Source: a virus. From it: a stretch of DNA of 64,000 nt. A model generated the notes under the pieces. It did no database searches, was not told the origin of the DNA, and was given only the letters and a program-made list of their open reading frames with translations. Numbering within the stretch: the first letter of the stretch is position 1; every line of letters begins with the position of its first letter. Of this stretch, positions 62,478-64,000 are shown one piece after another. A program made the position numbers and the translations under genes. The DNA is taken from the IMG/VR virus record IMGVR_UViG_3300045988_137393; one strand, given 5' to 3'.

Positions 62478-62505
62478 AATAAAACCACTCAGAATAGGAG
62501 AGTGG
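62478..62505 (-). terminator. terminator-like hairpin
   Basis: ccactc - 9-nt loop - gagtgg, followed on the minus strand by ttttatttatg. Confidence 0.4.
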
Positions 62506-62688
62506 CTAAATATTCAGCATATTACTATACTGGATTTTCGATTTATCTATATCATCTGAAAACATCAATTTATCAGTATTCAGAAAAGTATAAATACCAT
62601 TTTGTTCATCAATTTTCTGAAAACCAAGATTTATCATCTTAGAAGCTGTTTCAGGATCTGATGTCTTTATAAAATTTTGTTCCATCAT
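62506..62688 (-). CDS. small hypothetical protein
   Basis: 60-aa ORF, RBS aaggagta. Confidence 0.35.
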   Translation of the reverse strand: MMEQNFIKTSDPETASKMINLGFQKIDEQNGIYTFLNTDKLMFSDDIDKSKIQYSNMLNI

Positions 62689-62696
62689 TTTACTCC

Positions 62697-64000
62697 TTAT
62701 TGTCCTGCTTGTGTGCCAGTATCTTTTTCACCCTCTCTGGTAGCAAGTCCCTCATCTGAAAGGTCATCTTCATTCTTAGTCTGACCACCACCTTCATTAC
62801 CACTCGTGCCACTTTGCGTATATGAAGATGAGAGAGGAGTAAAGTAATTCATTAATCCTAATGACCTCATCATAAAAGCATTATTAACAACTCTTGAAGG
62901 TGAAGAACCATCCAACGTTGCATAATCCATTGCATCTATACCCAACGTAGCTTTATCTTTTCTTTGAGACATCTTTTCATCAAGGTCAAATACAGATACA
63001 TAATGGAAATAAAATTCAAAATCCTCTGTAATATTTAATTTGACATATCTCTGGATGTTTGCTTCAATTCTTTTTAATAATTCCATAGGGAACGTCATAT
63101 CAACTGTAATAGAATGTTTAAGACCAACAGAACCAGATTTTTGACCATTGAATATCATTTCTGAAATTCCCAATGAAGAAAAAAGGTTGTGTATTGCTTG
63201 CGAATATATATTGGTATCATCAACTTGATTTTTATTACCAAACTCAATCTTTTCGACTTCACACGGAGTCCATGCCGAACCAACAAGACTTGGCAATACC
63301 TCATCAATTGCAGCTTGAGTAGCTTGTACAATTTCAAGATCTACAGCAAAGTCATTTACTTCGCCTGAATTTTCATTCATAGGGATTTTTGATAAGAGAA
63401 GAACATAATTTTCAAGTTCTGTTTTAGAACGAATAAGGGCTTCGTAATCAAGCAAGTCAAGAATAGAAGTGAATGTTCCTAAGAAGTATGGCAATGGTAC
63501 AACTGGATCATCACCACATATAATACAGATAGTTTTCTCTGGTGGTAATTCAAACCATTTATAATCATTACCTTTTGATTTATATGTTTCGTAGCCTTCT
63601 ACAAAAACATCATCCCATAAGCCTTCTTCTGAATCAGTTTCGCTACCAGTACCATATAAGAAATCCTTGTTGTTACCAGAATCAAAATAAGAAGCATCGA
63701 ATTTTACAATCCATGTATCTTTTTCTGCACGAGAACCTATTTTATAATATTTTGGATCAAGTGGATGTATAAAGAACGAATCTCCATCATCGTAACAAAA
63801 TCCACAATAGATACCATCTCTTAAACAAGTAGCAATTATTTGTGAACCCATTTCTTTCAGATCCATTTTATCTAATCTGGTACAAAGTTCTTGATACCCT
63901 TTAATATATTCAGATGCATCCTGTGGGGGATTTGCCCAATCGGGAATATTGTAAGATACGTTATAACTAAAGATAGGAGTGTAAGCATAATATTCTATAA
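62697..64000 (-). CDS. putative portal protein (5' end truncated by the window edge)
   Basis: The reading frame stays open upstream of the track ATG (63866) all the way to position 64000; hand translation reads ...YNIPDWANPPQDASEYIKGYQELCTRLDKMDLKEM. The size, the position upstream of the scaffold/capsid genes and the Gly/Ser-rich acidic C-terminus fit a portal. Confidence 0.5.
   Translation of the reverse strand, partial: IEYYAYTPIFSYNVSYNIPDWANPPQDASEYIKGYQELCTRLDKMDLKEMGSQIIATCLRDGIYCGFCYDDGDSFFIHPLDPKYYKIGSRAEKDTWIVKFDASYFDSGNNKDFLYGTGSETDSEEGLWDDVFVEGYETYKSKGNDYKWFELPPEKTICIICGDDPVVPLPYFLGTFTSILDLLDYEALIRSKTELENYVLLLSKIPMNENSGEVNDFAVDLEIVQATQAAIDEVLPSLVGSAWTPCEVEKIEFGNKNQVDDTNIYSQAIHNLFSSLGISEMIFNGQKSGSVGLKHSITVDMTFPMELLKRIEANIQRYVKLNITEDFEFYFHYVSVFDLDEKMSQRKDKATLGIDAMDYATLDGSSPSRVVNNAFMMRSLGLMNYFTPLSSSYTQSGTSGNEGGGQTKNEDDLSDEGLATREGEKDTGTQAGQ

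Noticed and set aside
1-64000. CRISPR arrays, diversity-generating retroelements and retrons.
   Set aside because: I saw no regularly spaced direct repeats with unique spacers. No reverse-transcriptase motif (YxDD context) appears in any listed ORF. The only tandem repeat is the 12-bp coding repeat at 2518-2565.

Overview
By eye this is a low-GC window, and it reads as most of a temperate siphovirus-like phage genome from an anaerobic Firmicutes-type host. It appears to be in the unintegrated (attP) configuration. Two gene blocks converge at about 24.0-24.3 kb. The plus-strand block (284-23923) carries replication, recombination and nucleotide metabolism genes: an SSB-like protein, a Sak4-like ATPase, a DnaB-like helicase, a Toprim primase, a RecJ-like DHH nuclease, Pol III alpha, an ERCC4 nuclease, a ThyX-like protein, an ATP-dependent ligase, a Crh/HPr-like protein, a guanylate-kinase-like protein, a deoxyribosyltransferase, NrdD/NrdG and a dUTPase. 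It ends with an Xis-like protein and a tyrosine integrase. The minus-strand block (64000 down to 24339) carries morphogenesis and lysis genes: portal (cut by the window edge), scaffold/protease-like protein, capsid, head-tail and tail proteins, endolysin plus holin, a tape measure, Dit, Tal and a tail fibre. The four most interesting observations follow. (1) A 19-bp site is repeated three times in frame: once inside the tail fibre gene and once at the head of each of two start-less alternative C-terminal cassettes. A second tyrosine recombinase sits in between. This looks like a shufflon-type inversion system for the receptor-binding tip. (2) The tape measure coding sequence is split into a 772-aa and a 1982-aa ORF by a 4.3-kb island, and the downstream ORF has no Shine-Dalgarno. 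The island carries defence-like cargo (DUF262, a MazF/PemK-like protein) and is bounded by a perfect 12-bp inverted repeat. (3) A hairpin-dense, ORF-free stretch of about 770 nt follows the first tape measure ORF and has GAAA-capped hairpins in the minus orientation. It is a candidate large structured RNA. (4) A TnpB-only IS200/IS605-type element with a divergent RHH gene lies within the late region. All functional calls rest on motif recognition in the supplied translations. No database search was possible.
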